From: the human T2T-CHM13v2.0 reference genome, Homo sapiens
Assembly: GCF_009914755.1 (NCBI RefSeq)
Contig: NC_060926.1
Length of the DNA stretch: 64,000 bases
Strand: one strand, 5' to 3'
A program made the translations under genes and the position numbers. Shown here piece by piece: positions 26,208-37,984 of this stretch. How positions within the stretch are numbered: the stretch's first letter is position 1; the number at the start of each line of letters is the position of its first letter. The notes beneath the pieces were generated by a model. That model saw only the letters and a program-made list of their open reading frames with translations. It ran no database searches and had not been told where the DNA came from.

Positions 26208-26940
26208 AAATGCAAATCAAAACCACAATGAGATACCATCTCACACCAGTTAGAATGGCGATCATTAAAAATCAGGAAACAACAGGTGCTGGAGAGGATG
26301 TGGAGAAATAGGAACACTTTTACACTGTTGGTGGGACTGTAAACTAGTTCAACCATTGTGGAAGTCAGTGTGGCGATTCCTCAGGGATCTAGAACTAGAA
26401 ATACCATTTGACCCAGCAATCCCATTACTGAGTATATACCCAAAGGATTATAAAACATGCTGCTATAAAGACACATGCACACATGTTTATTGCAGCACTA
26501 TTCACAATAGCAAAGACTTGGAACCAACCCAAATGTCCAACAATGATAGACTGGATTCAGAAAATGTGGCACATATACACCATGGAATACTATGCAGCCA
26601 TAAAAAATGATGAGTTCATGTCCTTTGTAGGGACATGGATGAAGCTGGAAACCATCATTCTCAACAAATTGTCACAAAGTCAAAAAAACAAACACCGCAC
26701 GTTCTCACTCATAGGTGGGAATTGAACAATGAGAACATATGGACACAGGAAGGGAAACATCACACACCGGGGCCTGTTGTGGGGTGGGGGAAGAGGGGAG
26801 GGATAGCATTAGGAGATATACCTAAGGTTAAATGATGAGTTAATGGGTGCAGCACACCAACATGGCACATGTATACATATGTAACTAACCTGCACGTTGT
26901 GCACATGTACCCTAAAACTTAAAGTATAATAAAAAAAAAT
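26208..26940 (+). mobile_element. 5'-truncated L1PA (about L1PA4): ORF2 end and 3' UTR
   Basis: ORF2 C-terminal peptides (LEIPFDPAIPLL, MFIAALFTIAKTWNQPKCP) and 3' end gtaactaacctgcacgttgtgcacatgtaccctaaaacttaaagtataat with polyA. Confidence 0.95.
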
Positions 26941-27238
26941 TGGACACACACAAAAAAGAAAAGTCTATTAAACACAGAGCTATCTCATTATATTTGAATT
27001 CTCAGAGGAGATTTCTATTTTGAAAGGGAAGTTAGATTGTTTTTATTTCTGAAGCCCCTCATACTTCTAATATACTCTTTTCTAATTAAATGCAAGAGTA
27101 ACTAAGCAAATACATCTTTGAAAAATATAAGCTATAGCTCAGGATCAATGGCACATATGATAATAAAATAAAAAAATTTAACTATGCCCTGGCCACTTCC
27201 TAGATCCATTTACATTACATCAAGGTATTTTTTCCCAG

Positions 27239-27433
27239 ACAGAAGAACAATTTAAAGACTGCTTCTTGTCATTGCCTAAGACATTCACCCTATCACTAAA
27301 GAATCCAATTTTGAGAAACCAAAGGAACAGTACCCTAGAATTGAAGGAATCTACTATAAAAGAGTCCAAATTAATATTTCCCTTGTGAAAGAGTAGAGAA
27401 TTGGATATGCAACAATCAAAGTATGTAAGAAAC
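27239..27433 (+). pseudogene. Fossil exon (linker between repeats)
   Basis: Acceptor ttttttcccag| and donor AAC|gtaagc. 65 codons, phase 0/0, one TGA: TEEQFKDCFLSLPKTFTLSLKNPILRNQRNSTLELKESTIKESKLIFPL*KSRELDMQQSKYVRN. Confidence 0.7.
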
Positions 27434-27845
27434 GTAAGCATCAAATTAAAAAATATCTGAGAATGAAAAAATAGACTTCAATCAAAAATCCAAAGCCCAA
27501 AGCACACAAACTTCTTTCACTATTAGAGCACAGTGGAGCTCCTGTCAAACTGGATCTTTAAATATTTCCCCACTCCAACATCAAACATCTATCTCATCCT
27601 GAGGCAGTTTTCTCCTCTGACTTAATGTGACTGCAAGGGCACCCACTGGCCCTACCTGTGGAATAAAGACCTTTTAGTACATTCACAAAATTTACATGAC
27701 AAAAATGAAAGTAGATTTCCAGAGCTTTCAGCTTGTGCAATAGAAGGTTTAAAAATATGCCCTGTACATTTCAACTTCTCACTTAATAAAAAAAGTCCAT
27801 TTTTATTTAAAAAAAATACAAAAACCTTCACTTCTATTCACCCAG

Positions 27846-29127
27846 GAGGAGGATGACTCACTTTCTTAATCTCTTAAGTTTTTATTTAACTTTCTTGAGC
27901 CTCTGTCATAACAAGAATTCTCTGCCACAACCTGTCTTAAGTATCGGGGGAACCACCCCCAATATTTCAACTATTTTCTCTAAGTGTTGGCCGGTCTGAG
28001 AAATAAAGAGAAAGAGAACAAAGAGAGGAATTTTACAGCTGGGCCGCCGGGGGTGACATCACATATTGGTAGGTCCATGATGCCCCCTTTAGCCACAAAA
28101 CCAGCAAGTTTTTATTAGGGATTTCAAAAGGAGAGGGGTTGTATGAACAGGGAGTAAGTCACAAAGATCACATGCTTCAAAGGACAAAAGCAGAGCAAAG
28201 ATCACATGCTTCTGAGAAAACAGGGCCAGGACAAAATCAAAGATCACAAGGCAAAGGGCAAAATTAGTATTACTGATGTGGGTCTATGTTCAGCTGTGCA
28301 CGTATTGTCTTGATAAACATCTTAAACAACAGAAAACAGGGTTCGAGAGCAGAGAACTGGTCTGACCTCAAATTTACCAGGGTGGGATTTTTTCCCCACC
28401 CTAATAAGCCTGAGGGTACTGCAGGAGACCAGGGTGTATTTCAATCCTTATCTCAACCCCATAGGACAGACACTCCCAGAGGGGCCATTTATAGACCACC
28501 CCCCAGGAATGCAATTCTTTTCCTAGGGTCTTAATATTTAATATTCCTTGCTAGGAGAAGAATTTGGTGATATCTCTCCTACTTGCACATCCGTTTATAG
28601 GCTCTCTGCAAGAAGAAAAATATGGTTCTATTCTGCCCGACTCTACAGGCAGTCAGACCTTATGGTTGTCTTCCCTTGTTCCCTAAAATCGCTGTTCCTC
28701 TGTTCATTTTCAAGGTGCACTGATTTCATATTGTTCAAACACACGTTTTACAATCAATTTGTACAATAGTGGTCCTGAGGTGATGTACATTCTCAGCTTA
28801 CGAAGATAACAGGATTAAGAGATTAAAGTAAAGACAGGCATTAGAAATTATAAGAGTATTATTTGGGAACTGATAAATATCCATGAAATCTTCACAATTT
28901 ATGTTCAGAGATTGTAGTAAAGACAGGTGTAAGAAATTATAAAAGTATTAATTTTGGGAACTGATACATGTCCATATTAAAATGAAATCTTCACAATTTA
29001 TGTTCCTCTGCCACAGCTCCAGCTGGTCCCTCTGTTCGGGGTCCCTGACTTCCCGAAACACTTAAGTACCTTGATTTTGCCCAACTTATCCAGGAGTCTA
29101 TGGCAATAGAGAATCAACATGTACAAG
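27846..29127 (+). pseudogene. Fossil exon split by the MER11 LTR (27846-27941 + 29067-29127)
   Basis: Acceptor ttctattcacccag|. Removing the LTR and one TSD copy restores the frame: EEDDSLS*SLKFLFNFLEPLS*QEFSATTCLK^YLDFAQLIQESMAIENQHVQ. Ends in phase 1 at CAAG|ggaaat (an apparently mutated GT donor), matching the next exon. Confidence 0.7.
27942..29060 (-). mobile_element. MER11 solo LTR (HERV-K11/HML-8)
   Basis: Reverse complement begins tgtttcgggaagtcagggaccccgaac and ends ...cccccgata; 6-bp TSD cttaag at 27936-27941 and 29061-29066; internal tandem repeats. Confidence 0.95.
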
Positions 29128-29550
29128 GGAAATATTGAATAACAAAAATATTGTTTAACTCAGTCACTGAACAAGGTACATAATTTTTTAACTAAATTCT
29201 ATGTGAGATCTGGAATTTGAGATGTCAAGGTCAGGATTTGGAATTTGAGATCAAATGTTGCTGGATATTGCCTGGCTACAACTCAGAAAAGTTGGTGGAA
29301 TCAGATAGAAGTAGAGAAAAATAAATTTGGAAGATAAAGTGAGTTTATTGCTTACATAACTGATTTAAATCATTTAATGACAGTAAGCAATCTTTTTATG
29401 AGATTCACATTGCTGTGGGAAATCACCCAACAATAGTTAACTTGGTACATTGGTCATGTAGGGGAAACTAAAATAAAGTAATGGATTTAGGCAGGCAGCA
29501 GTGTTATTTTATTGTATAAATTAGGACTGCATATGCCTTGCTTTGTTCAG

Positions 29551-30179
29551 ATCTCATATCTTTAAATGATTTGCAAGAAGAGAGGCACAAGAATGTTGAG
29601 GAATCAAGACTCCAAAAAGGCAGGAATTAAAATAAAATACCCAGGAGAACATCAAGAACAAGGTTTTCCACCAGCTATTACTTCCAGGATGGAATGCTAT
29701 ATGTTAAAAAAAAAAAAAAAGAAGTTTTGGTCAGCACAAGCCAACTTGAGGATGTCTATGTAAGATTACTCCAGTTCCAGGAAAGAGAAGGAATCTCTTT
29801 CTTAAAATTGAACCAATCTGTTGACGACCCACTGGATTCCTAAGAGTTTGTCTAATATTCCAAATTATCCATTAATTGTATCCAGACCCTACAGTCTCAA
29901 TTACCAAGGTAAAAGTTTTCAAAGGAAAAAAACTGGCTTAATTACACGTTTGTTTCTAATTTGGAAGATGTCCAAAGGAATTTTATAAACAAACAAGAAT
30001 TGGCTTCCTTGAAGAAAATAACTAGTTTGACTCTTCTCATTAGTATCATCATTATCATTTATTACTCTTATGTTATTGCATTGCCTGTTTACTACCAGTA
30101 TAATGAGACAAGTGATGATCCCAAGTTTAAATATCTGTGGCAGATTTCTTGTAATGTAAAACTGACTGGAAACTTCTAG
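29551..30179 (+). pseudogene. Large fossil exon (linker plus hydrophobic segment)
   Basis: Acceptor ctttgttcag|, phase 1. About 209 codons in one frame with only four TAA stops before the TAG at 30177. Includes EVLVSTSQLEDVYVRLLQFQEREG and the TM-like LTLLISIIIIIYYSYVIALPVYYQY (ORF-track 29961..30179 is this frame). Confidence 0.7.
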
Positions 30180-30879
30180 AAATAAAAAAACAATACATTT
30201 CAACCATCAAGTGGAATATAAAAAATAAATTCACTGGTAAAAGAACACATTAAAACTTTCAAAAGAGTAGCAGCTTAAGAGATTTGAAGATTTATAATCC
30301 CATTCATAAAGTATGCATGAGTTTCTTCTTCATGTGGCCAAAGGAAAAAGTGTACTGGATCTATTTTATTAGTAGATGCATGAACAGGGATAGGGTAGCT
30401 TCTTCCAGGATGATCTGCAGATGCAGCTTTCTAAGGATCAAAGGAGTTGTTCAATTAGGTCAAGTTTGCTGAAGGCCAAGATTTTCTGGACTCCTCACCT
30501 TTTCTGCAGGATAAATCTCTATTCATCTTTTACAACATAACTCAGGTGTAACCTCCTCTGGAAGGTGACTTTGCTGTCACCTTCTCCACATCCTCCCAAA
30601 ACTCTACCACTCTCTTCTGTGTTATATTTGTATTTTGTACATATACTTGGTCACTGGTCTAATCAAACAGCATTACAATCTGTTCCTCATAGGTCTTGCT
30701 CCTCGATTAAATTTCCTTCATTTATTTTATAAACATTTATTAGACACCTGCAGTTTCAGACTTGCACTGTGGAGTCCTTGAGAACAGACACAATGTTTTA
30801 TTCATGTCATTCTCTTCAAAACTTGCCACAGTGCCTGGCTCCTGGTAGGTGTTTAGTAAATATTTGCTAAGCTGAATTC

Positions 30880-31448
30880 CTATGCCATCTCTGTTTGCTC
30901 TTATGTATGATGGCTTCTATTGGATCTGTAGTGAGATAATTTAAGAGTAGAAATATGTTTAGTGGCTAAACTTCCTCAAATATAAATCACTAACTAAGAA
31001 AGGGGGAATTCTGAATATAATATTTTTTATTAGCATAGATTCAGCCACTTTTCCGCAGATATGTTACTAAAAAATATTCAGTGTGTCATAGGTTAGCAAC
31101 CTTCTAACATATTCAGGTTTTCACCTATATTTGTGAAGGAAAAAGTTTTAAATCTGAACAGTTAATTTCTCTTTATGCATTCAATTTGAGTTTCCAGAAA
31201 GAGAGGGAGGACACTGAAAAAGAGGAGAAAGATTTGGAAGTAGCATATCTACTGTGGTTTTTTATTGATACTTGGGTCCTAACAGGCTAAGGTAAGCCAA
31301 TGCTTTGAGGAGCATTTCTACAAGCAATTTTTATCTCAGGGGTCATTTTCCTAACTTAGGCTACACAAACATAGAGTTTACGTCTATAGAAGTAATATAG
31401 AAGTTCTATAGAGGTAATAGCCTTTTTGCTCTCTTTACTGATCAGAGG

Positions 31449-31491
<43 letters not shown>

Positions 31492-32120
31492 CCCATCTAC
31501 TTTGGATATGTTTAGAAATGGTCCACATTATTTTCCACCTCTTTAAATGAGAACATACATTTGATAATTATATTTATGATAGTAACTTGAAAGAATTTGT
31601 GTGTGTGTGTTTTAAAAAGGTATTTTTAATAATTCATATAGTTTATAATTTTTAACGGAAATTTAATTCTGTTCAAAATGTGAAACTTCTTTATCACTTT
31701 CAAGTTCAGAATCTGGAATTTGAGGCCTTATGCTGCTAGACATTTCCTGGCTACACTTAGAAAAAGAGTTGATGGAATCAGATAAAAGTAAAGAAAGAAA
31801 GAAAGTAAGAGTCAGTCATTATGTAACACCAGAAAGTCAACGAGAACTAATAACTAAGTCATGAACTAATCATCAATTTGTTGTGTGACCTTGGGTACAT
31901 TCTCTTCAGTTTCTTCATTTTTGCTCTCTGAGCTGATTGGGCTATTTTGGAGCACTAATTCCATTAAATCTGATATCACAGACAGGCCGCGAGGTCCTCT
32001 GTCCTTGACTGACCTTATTATCTACCAAAAAAAATGTTCAGATTTAAAGATTCAGTCAAGATTCTATTTTTTCCTAATGTGATTACTTTTAATCTCAACA
32101 CAAAATAGCGATTTTCATGT
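30880..32120 (+). pseudogene. Channel fossil repeat 3
   Basis: RRYVTKKYSVCHRLATF 31054-31104 (S2-S3 loop and S3); LNLNS (S4-like); KEREDTEKEEKDLEVAYLLWFFIDTWVLTG 31198-31287; NLGYTNIEFTSIE 31353-31391 (cf. TVGYGNI.P.T..E); LLW about 31496; LIGLFWSTNS...LTDLIIYQ about 31933-32028 (CNBD start). Confidence 0.65.
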
Positions 32121-32136
32121 TGAAATCAACAGATGT

Positions 32137-32193
32137 TTTCCAGCTTCAGTGCACATATACCCTAAAACTTAAAGTATAATAACAATAAAAAAA
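32137..32193 (+). mobile_element. Micro L1PA insertion with 5' inversion
   Basis: 15-bp TSD gaaatcaacagatgt (32122-32136, 32194-32208) around 12 nt of inverted L1 plus about 45 nt of L1 3' end. Confidence 0.9.
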
Positions 32194-32895
32194 GAAATCA
32201 ACAGATGTGAGAGTTCACAAAGAGCTCCTGGTGCACAAAGGCATGAGGGTGGGGCAGGCAAGGACAGAGCCTGGAAGAAGACCAGCAACAGCCAGGTTGG
32301 CCTCACAGGGGCTGGGATGCATAGCTTATGTCCAGGTCTGGGCCCCTGAAGCCATAAACTCAATGACTCAAGCTCAGCCTCTGGGCTCTGGAAACTAGAG
32401 AATGCCCCAGGAGCTTGAGGTCACTGATGGGCTCCCATGCATCCACACAGGCTGGCAATAACAGAGATTGAATGTTGAAGCTACTCATGCTTTCGCTATT
32501 TGGTTATTTTCTATCAGTCAGCTTGGTCTGCACATAGCTAGGCCCTGAAGGACAGATCTCCGAGCCAAGAAAAAGGGCCAACGAGGTTTAGAAATGCTGT
32601 GAAGGCATTTGGACGTGGCCTTACAGGATAGAAAATAATTTTGGTATAGGGAGAAAAGAAAAACAACCTTCTAGGCAAAGCCAAATGCATATGTAGTTAC
32701 AAAGGAATGGTAGGCTAGGAGGCAAGTCAGAAAAAGGATACAAATCTAGGTCACTGTACATCAGGGCTCATGAATGGGGGCAGTAGAAAATGTGGCCTAG
32801 AAGTCATATTAGGAGGAAACTCGAACTTTTGGCAATGTAGCACCTGCTCATATAGGGAGCAGTGAGGTGGCACAGCATGTTTGTGAACAGTCCAG

Positions 32896-33390
32896 TGTAC
32901 TAGTTTCCCAGGGCCAGTGTAAGACCCCACCACAAAGGTAGTGGTTTAAACAATACAAATCTATGATCTCACAGTTCTGAAGCTCAGAAGTCTCATGAAA
33001 TCAGTGTCAGCAGGATTGCATTCTCTCTGGAGGTTCTAGGGGAGAATCCATTTCCTTGCCTTTCCCTTCGTCTGGAAGCTTTATGTGTCCTCTGGCTCAT
33101 GGGCCTCTTCCATTCTTCAAATCCAGCAGTCACATCAATCTGACCTCTGCCTCCTTCCTCACATCTTCTTCTCTGACTGACCCTCTTGCCTCCCTCTTTC
33201 TCTTATAAGGACTCTTGTAATTATATTGAATAATAAAATCCCAAGATAATCTCCCCATTTCAAAACCCTTAATTCTGTCTGCAAAGTCTTTTTTTTGCTA
33301 TATGTATGGTAACATTCACAGGTTCCAGAAATTAGCATGTGAACATATTTTGTGGTGGTGGTGGGGTCACTATATTTCCAACCAAACCCA
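32896..33390 (-). mobile_element. MLT1D-like LTR
   Basis: tgtactagtttcccagggc...ctcacagttctg...ggagaatcc...acattcacaggttcc. Confidence 0.85.
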
Positions 33391-33649
33391 ATTACAGACA
33401 ATGAAACCAAGCTGAAATAACGTTAATAGCAAACATTTGTTGAATTCATATTCTATGCAAGGCATCAAGTACCTCACATATGTTAGCTCAGTTAATCCTC
33501 AGAACAACCTTTTGATGTATCTAACACACAGAGAAGTTAAATAATTTAGCCAAGATCTCATAGCTGGGAAGGACCAGGTCAGTGGTATAAACCCTGGCCA
33601 TTTAGTGCCAGAAGCCACAATTGTAAACACTCCATGTGGTCACTTTTGA

Positions 33650-34513
33650 AGAAATGTAAGAGAACTGGTGAATTGTTTGAAGAAGAATCTTTGCTCCAAT
33701 AATCTTTCTTTTCCTGTCATATGCTTAAACCTATGCCTTTATTAGTATTGAGAAATTTTTCCTACAGAATATAAAGAGTAATAATACCCTAGAGTTAGCA
33801 ACCCTTCAGTAGTGTTTGCCCATATTAGTGTCCTCAGCAAAACATAATGCTGCTACAGAACAATAAGATAATGACTGTCTCACAGTCAGTTGGAGTCTGA
33901 AGCTCTGGTCTAATTACTATTTAGATACTCAAGTGTGATGCAGCATAAAGTATCTACTTGGAAGGGAAATGGTTCTTAATTGCCTTCTATTCTGCTCCCC
34001 CCAGTTTGAAGAATTGGAAGAAGGGTTTTGATAGGTTTTCTTCTGAAAACCTAATTGTCTTACATTTAGGGATGGTTTTGATATAAATTGACTTCCTTCA
34101 ATTGATAATGTTTGTTAAATACAGTAGATTCTAGAAGAAAATGAAAAGGCAGAGAAAGTAGCCCAGAAGAAAATTCACAATGAGCTGCTGCTGCTGATAA
34201 GATACACAGGGTGTTTCTGAGAGAATCTTTAGAGTTGGAAGAATTAAGTTACTGCTCTGGGTACCTATTTTTTAAGGCAAATATGTATTTGCCTAATCCA
34301 ATTTCAGCATAATTCATATCCCTGTAACACTCTGAGAACACTGGCATATGGTGACATGAGATATAAATTGGGAGTATGATTAAAAATCACTGGCATTTCG
34401 ATTTCAATTATATTTCACAAAATAGACTCCAGGGAAAAATTTCACAAGAGAGACCACAACCCACTGCAGGATGAGAGTGAAGAAAATTCTTCTACAAATC
34501 TGCATGCATGTGT

Positions 34514-34551
<38 letters not shown>

Positions 34552-35525
34552 ACTGCAGATCTGAGCAGGCACCTTATTCCCCAGATGAAGTCCTACAACT
34601 GGCTTTTTCTCAGTAGCCAGTCAAGTCTACTTGGTTTGACTTGAAGCTGAAGACCAAAGGTTCTCAGAAGCCATCGTGATGATATATGTTGAACAAAATA
34701 ACAGCTCATTTTTCTAAAATTTTGGAATCAGAAGTGGAATCTAATCCCAACTATTACTGTTCGACTTTGGGCAACTTAGTTAATCTTTCTTCAAAATGAC
34801 CTTGAAGAATAATTTTGAAGAAAAAGTGAGAAAAAGTAAATTTGGTGACACATAGTAGGAGCAAAAACATAATGGATTTTAAGTCAGCAAAACTTTGCTT
34901 AGTACTTAGGTCAGGTATCTTGTTGTATTCATCTTTATGTTCCTAGAGCTTGGCAGGATTTCTGGCATATACCAAATGCTCAACATATTTTCAGAATTGA
35001 AAATAAAGATTTAGGCTTTTCATTTTTCTACTTCTAATGCATCTTTAACTCTTCATGGAGATATTGCTCCTGAGTGATATAAAAGGGGAAAGGTGAAAAG
35101 TAATCATTAAAGATTTTAAGAGCAAAAATAAATTCTTCCCTCCTTAATCTTGACAGATGGGAATTTCAAGTTCCTCATTTTGTTTTAAGGCACTAATAAG
35201 GAGTTCATAAATCTCAATTACCTCTGTGGAGTTAAAAGCAGCCGCAGGTCTTCTAAGCATGATTCCAGTCTCCGAACAGCTCTAGTACCTTTATTAAAAC
35301 ACTGGAGGAGGAGAAAGGCCAAGTAATATTTCAACCTTGAACTGACATTACAAAAGTGAAAATTTCCTTTTCATTCAGAGTGAAGGAGGAGCATGGATCA
35401 GGCCAGGGCACCTGCAGGATGCTGTGTTGCACATTAAATTGCACATTACCAGCATCTTGAGAATTGGCCTCAATGATTTTCTAGCATTGACCAATCTCCA
35501 TGCATAATCAATGAAGAAATCAATT
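33650..35525 (+). pseudogene. Channel fossil repeat 4 (pore, S6, C-linker, CNBD)
   Basis: WFLIAFYSAPPSLKNWKKGFDRFSSENLIVLHLGMVLI*IDFLQLIMF from 33970 (pore and S6); ILEENEKAEKVAQKKIHN 34128-34181; LLSMIPVSEQ/STFIKTLEEEKGQVIFQP*TDI 35250-35349 (cf. HCN [30 protein letters not shown]); FLFIQSEG 35364-35387 (cf. MYFIQHG); SILRIGLNDFLAL about 35451-35489. Confidence 0.75.
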
Positions 35526-35643
35526 AATATTTATGTCCCTAACAAAACATACTGCCTTTTTTTCCTGCTACCTACACACACACATTTTTTTTCTCAGATT
35601 TACAAATTAAAATTTTAGGAAATTGTTTCTCTCCATTACTCCC

Positions 35644-36021
35644 TGCTGTGATTTGATTGTGTCCTCCAAAGTGTATGTTTCTAAAACTTCATCTCCAATA
35701 CAACAGTGTTGAGTGGTAGGGCCTAACAGGAAGTGATAAGGACATGAGGGCTCTGCCCTCATGAATGGATTTATGCCATTAACTTGAGGGTGGATTATTT
35801 ATTGCTGGAGTGGGCTTATTATAAAAGCAAGCTCAGCCCCTCTTACTCTCTTGTCCTTATGGTTTCCACCATGGGATGATGCAGCACTAAGGCCCTCACC
35901 AGATGTGGCCCCTCAACCTTGTACTTCCCAGCCTCCAGAATTGTAAGAAATAAATTTGTTTTCTCTATAAATTACCCAGTCTGTGGTATTCTGTCATAGC
36001 AACACAAAATGGACTAAGATA
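35644..36021 (+). mobile_element. MSTD-like LTR
   Basis: tgctgtgatttga...ctctgccctcatgaatgg...aaatggactaagata; TSD ctccc/ttccc. Confidence 0.88.
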
Positions 36022-36379
36022 TTCCCTAAAATTCAATCAGTCCTTAGTTCTGGTTGATTCTACCTCTCCAATGTCTATCAAGTTTGTCCATTCTCTAATT
36101 GGTCTGCCCTGAAACTACTTTGCCACACTTATTTCACATTTTACTAATCCCTCCTTCCTCCATGCACTCAGGCTATACCTCAGGCTGTTTTCTTTACCTG
36201 GGTATTTTCCCTCCCAAATTCAATCCCCAGTCCCTCTTATTTGATGTTATCCATGCATCAAGATTCAATTCAAACCTAAAGTTCTCTACTTCTAAATAGA
36301 ATTAAACATTCTATTCTCTGCTGTCCTTCATCTCTTAGGCTTCATTGTCCTATAGTTATTTGCATCCAAGAGGCAATAT

Positions 36380-36630
36380 GATGTAGTGGAAAGAGCAGGC
36401 ACTCTGAAGTCAGAGAGTCATAGATTAATAAGCTCAGCTCTGTCACCCCTTAGCTGTGGAAGTTTGAGTAAGTCAGTAAACCTCTCTTGAATTCAGTTGT
36501 TTTCTTATCTATAAGAATTGCATGTCAATGCTCACCTCATAGGGTTATTGCGAGGATCAAAATAAATTAAATATGTTAAATGTACTAAAGTGGTACATAG
36601 CAGGTAATCATAAACCACTTGTTGTTGTTA
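36380..36630 (+). mobile_element. MIR
   Basis: tagtggaaagagc..ctctgaagtcaga..cctcatagggttattgcgagga. Confidence 0.8.
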
Positions 36631-37590
36631 TTATTATTACTGGTATTACTACCATTGTGTTTTTATTGCCTCCCACAAGAATATTAGCTGAGAATAAGAA
36701 TTATAACTTCATCACACTTCTATGATTTATAGCACCAGGCCCACTGATTTTCGAATCTTAGTGCTCAACAAATATTAATTAAATTAATTTTGAGTTCTTC
36801 TTCTGAGACCACTGCTATCTAACATACGTTGTGTGACATTTATAAGGAAGATATTAATCTCCATAGTTAAGATGATAATCATAGTAATTCACAAGATTGC
36901 TTTGGGGATTAAACAAAACAATATTTATAAATCATAAGGTGCTATACAAATGTTGGAAATTCTTTAGGAGAAAAAATGCTACATAAAGGAGATCTTAAGA
37001 AGTGGATCTGTTTAAAGGTAAGGTGAAAAGAAGTATTTGAGGAGCAAGTAAAATTGAGCACCTGAGCGGAGGTCTCTGTAAGTGCCATATACCAAGAGGC
37101 GGCAAGGAGACCAGTCTAATGCACATAGAGATGGTACAAAGACCAGCAAGTAGTTTGGTATTTTGCTGGGCAGGGAATAGTGGCGGTGGCTCCTCTTCCT
37201 GCAGGGTGACAGGTGAGAAAACTCTGGTGAATCCAACACGAAGAGTCAATGCACACGGAAGGTTGGGACATTCCGTTCTGGGTCTGGGAACCCATAGGAG
37301 TTCTGTTTGAATGTCAGACAGGATATGAAAGAGCATATTCAAACTATGAGGCAGAGGTAGTGGATACCTTGAAAACAATCTCATTAATTAAAACTGATTA
37401 ATTACTAAAACGGTTTTTAACCATGATGCTAGGCCCTAGTGTTACAGAAATGAGTGAATTCACATTTCCTATCTTCACAATCTAGGGGAGGAAACAAATG
37501 TTTAAATTATCAAGTGCAATAAAATTTTCTGAATGTTATTATAAAATTCTGTTTGGGGTTGAGCAGGAGTATGGTGAAGCAAGTATTTGA

Positions 37591-37984
37591 TGTTAAAAGA
37601 AAAACTTGAGACAAATTAAATTTAGTGGTGTTTATTTGAGCAAAGAATGACTCATGAATTGAGTACCACTAAGAACTAGGGGAGGTTCAGAGAGCATCGC
37701 CCAGCAATGTGGGCAGGCAGTATTTGTACAGAAAAAGGATGTGGGATAGAGAAATAGCTTAATAGGTTACAGCTTGTCATTTGCCTTTTATGGAAATGGT
37801 CTGATCAGTTGGCAGCTTTAATTGGCTGAAGCTCAACTCCTATGATTGGCTGAGATTCGGCTGTTTGTTGCAAGAATATACTCTGAGGTTGCATTTTATT
37901 TACATATTAAGTTAGGTTTCAGTTTTCTATGTAGGAATTCAAAGTATGAAGGGAGCTTTAGGTCAAATTTAAGTTAAATTAACA
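37591..37984 (-). mobile_element. MER57/MER93-like ERV1 LTR
   Basis: tgttaaaagaaaaactt..aaattaaattta..ttgagcaaagaa; ends aaattaaca; repeated attggct boxes. Confidence 0.7.
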
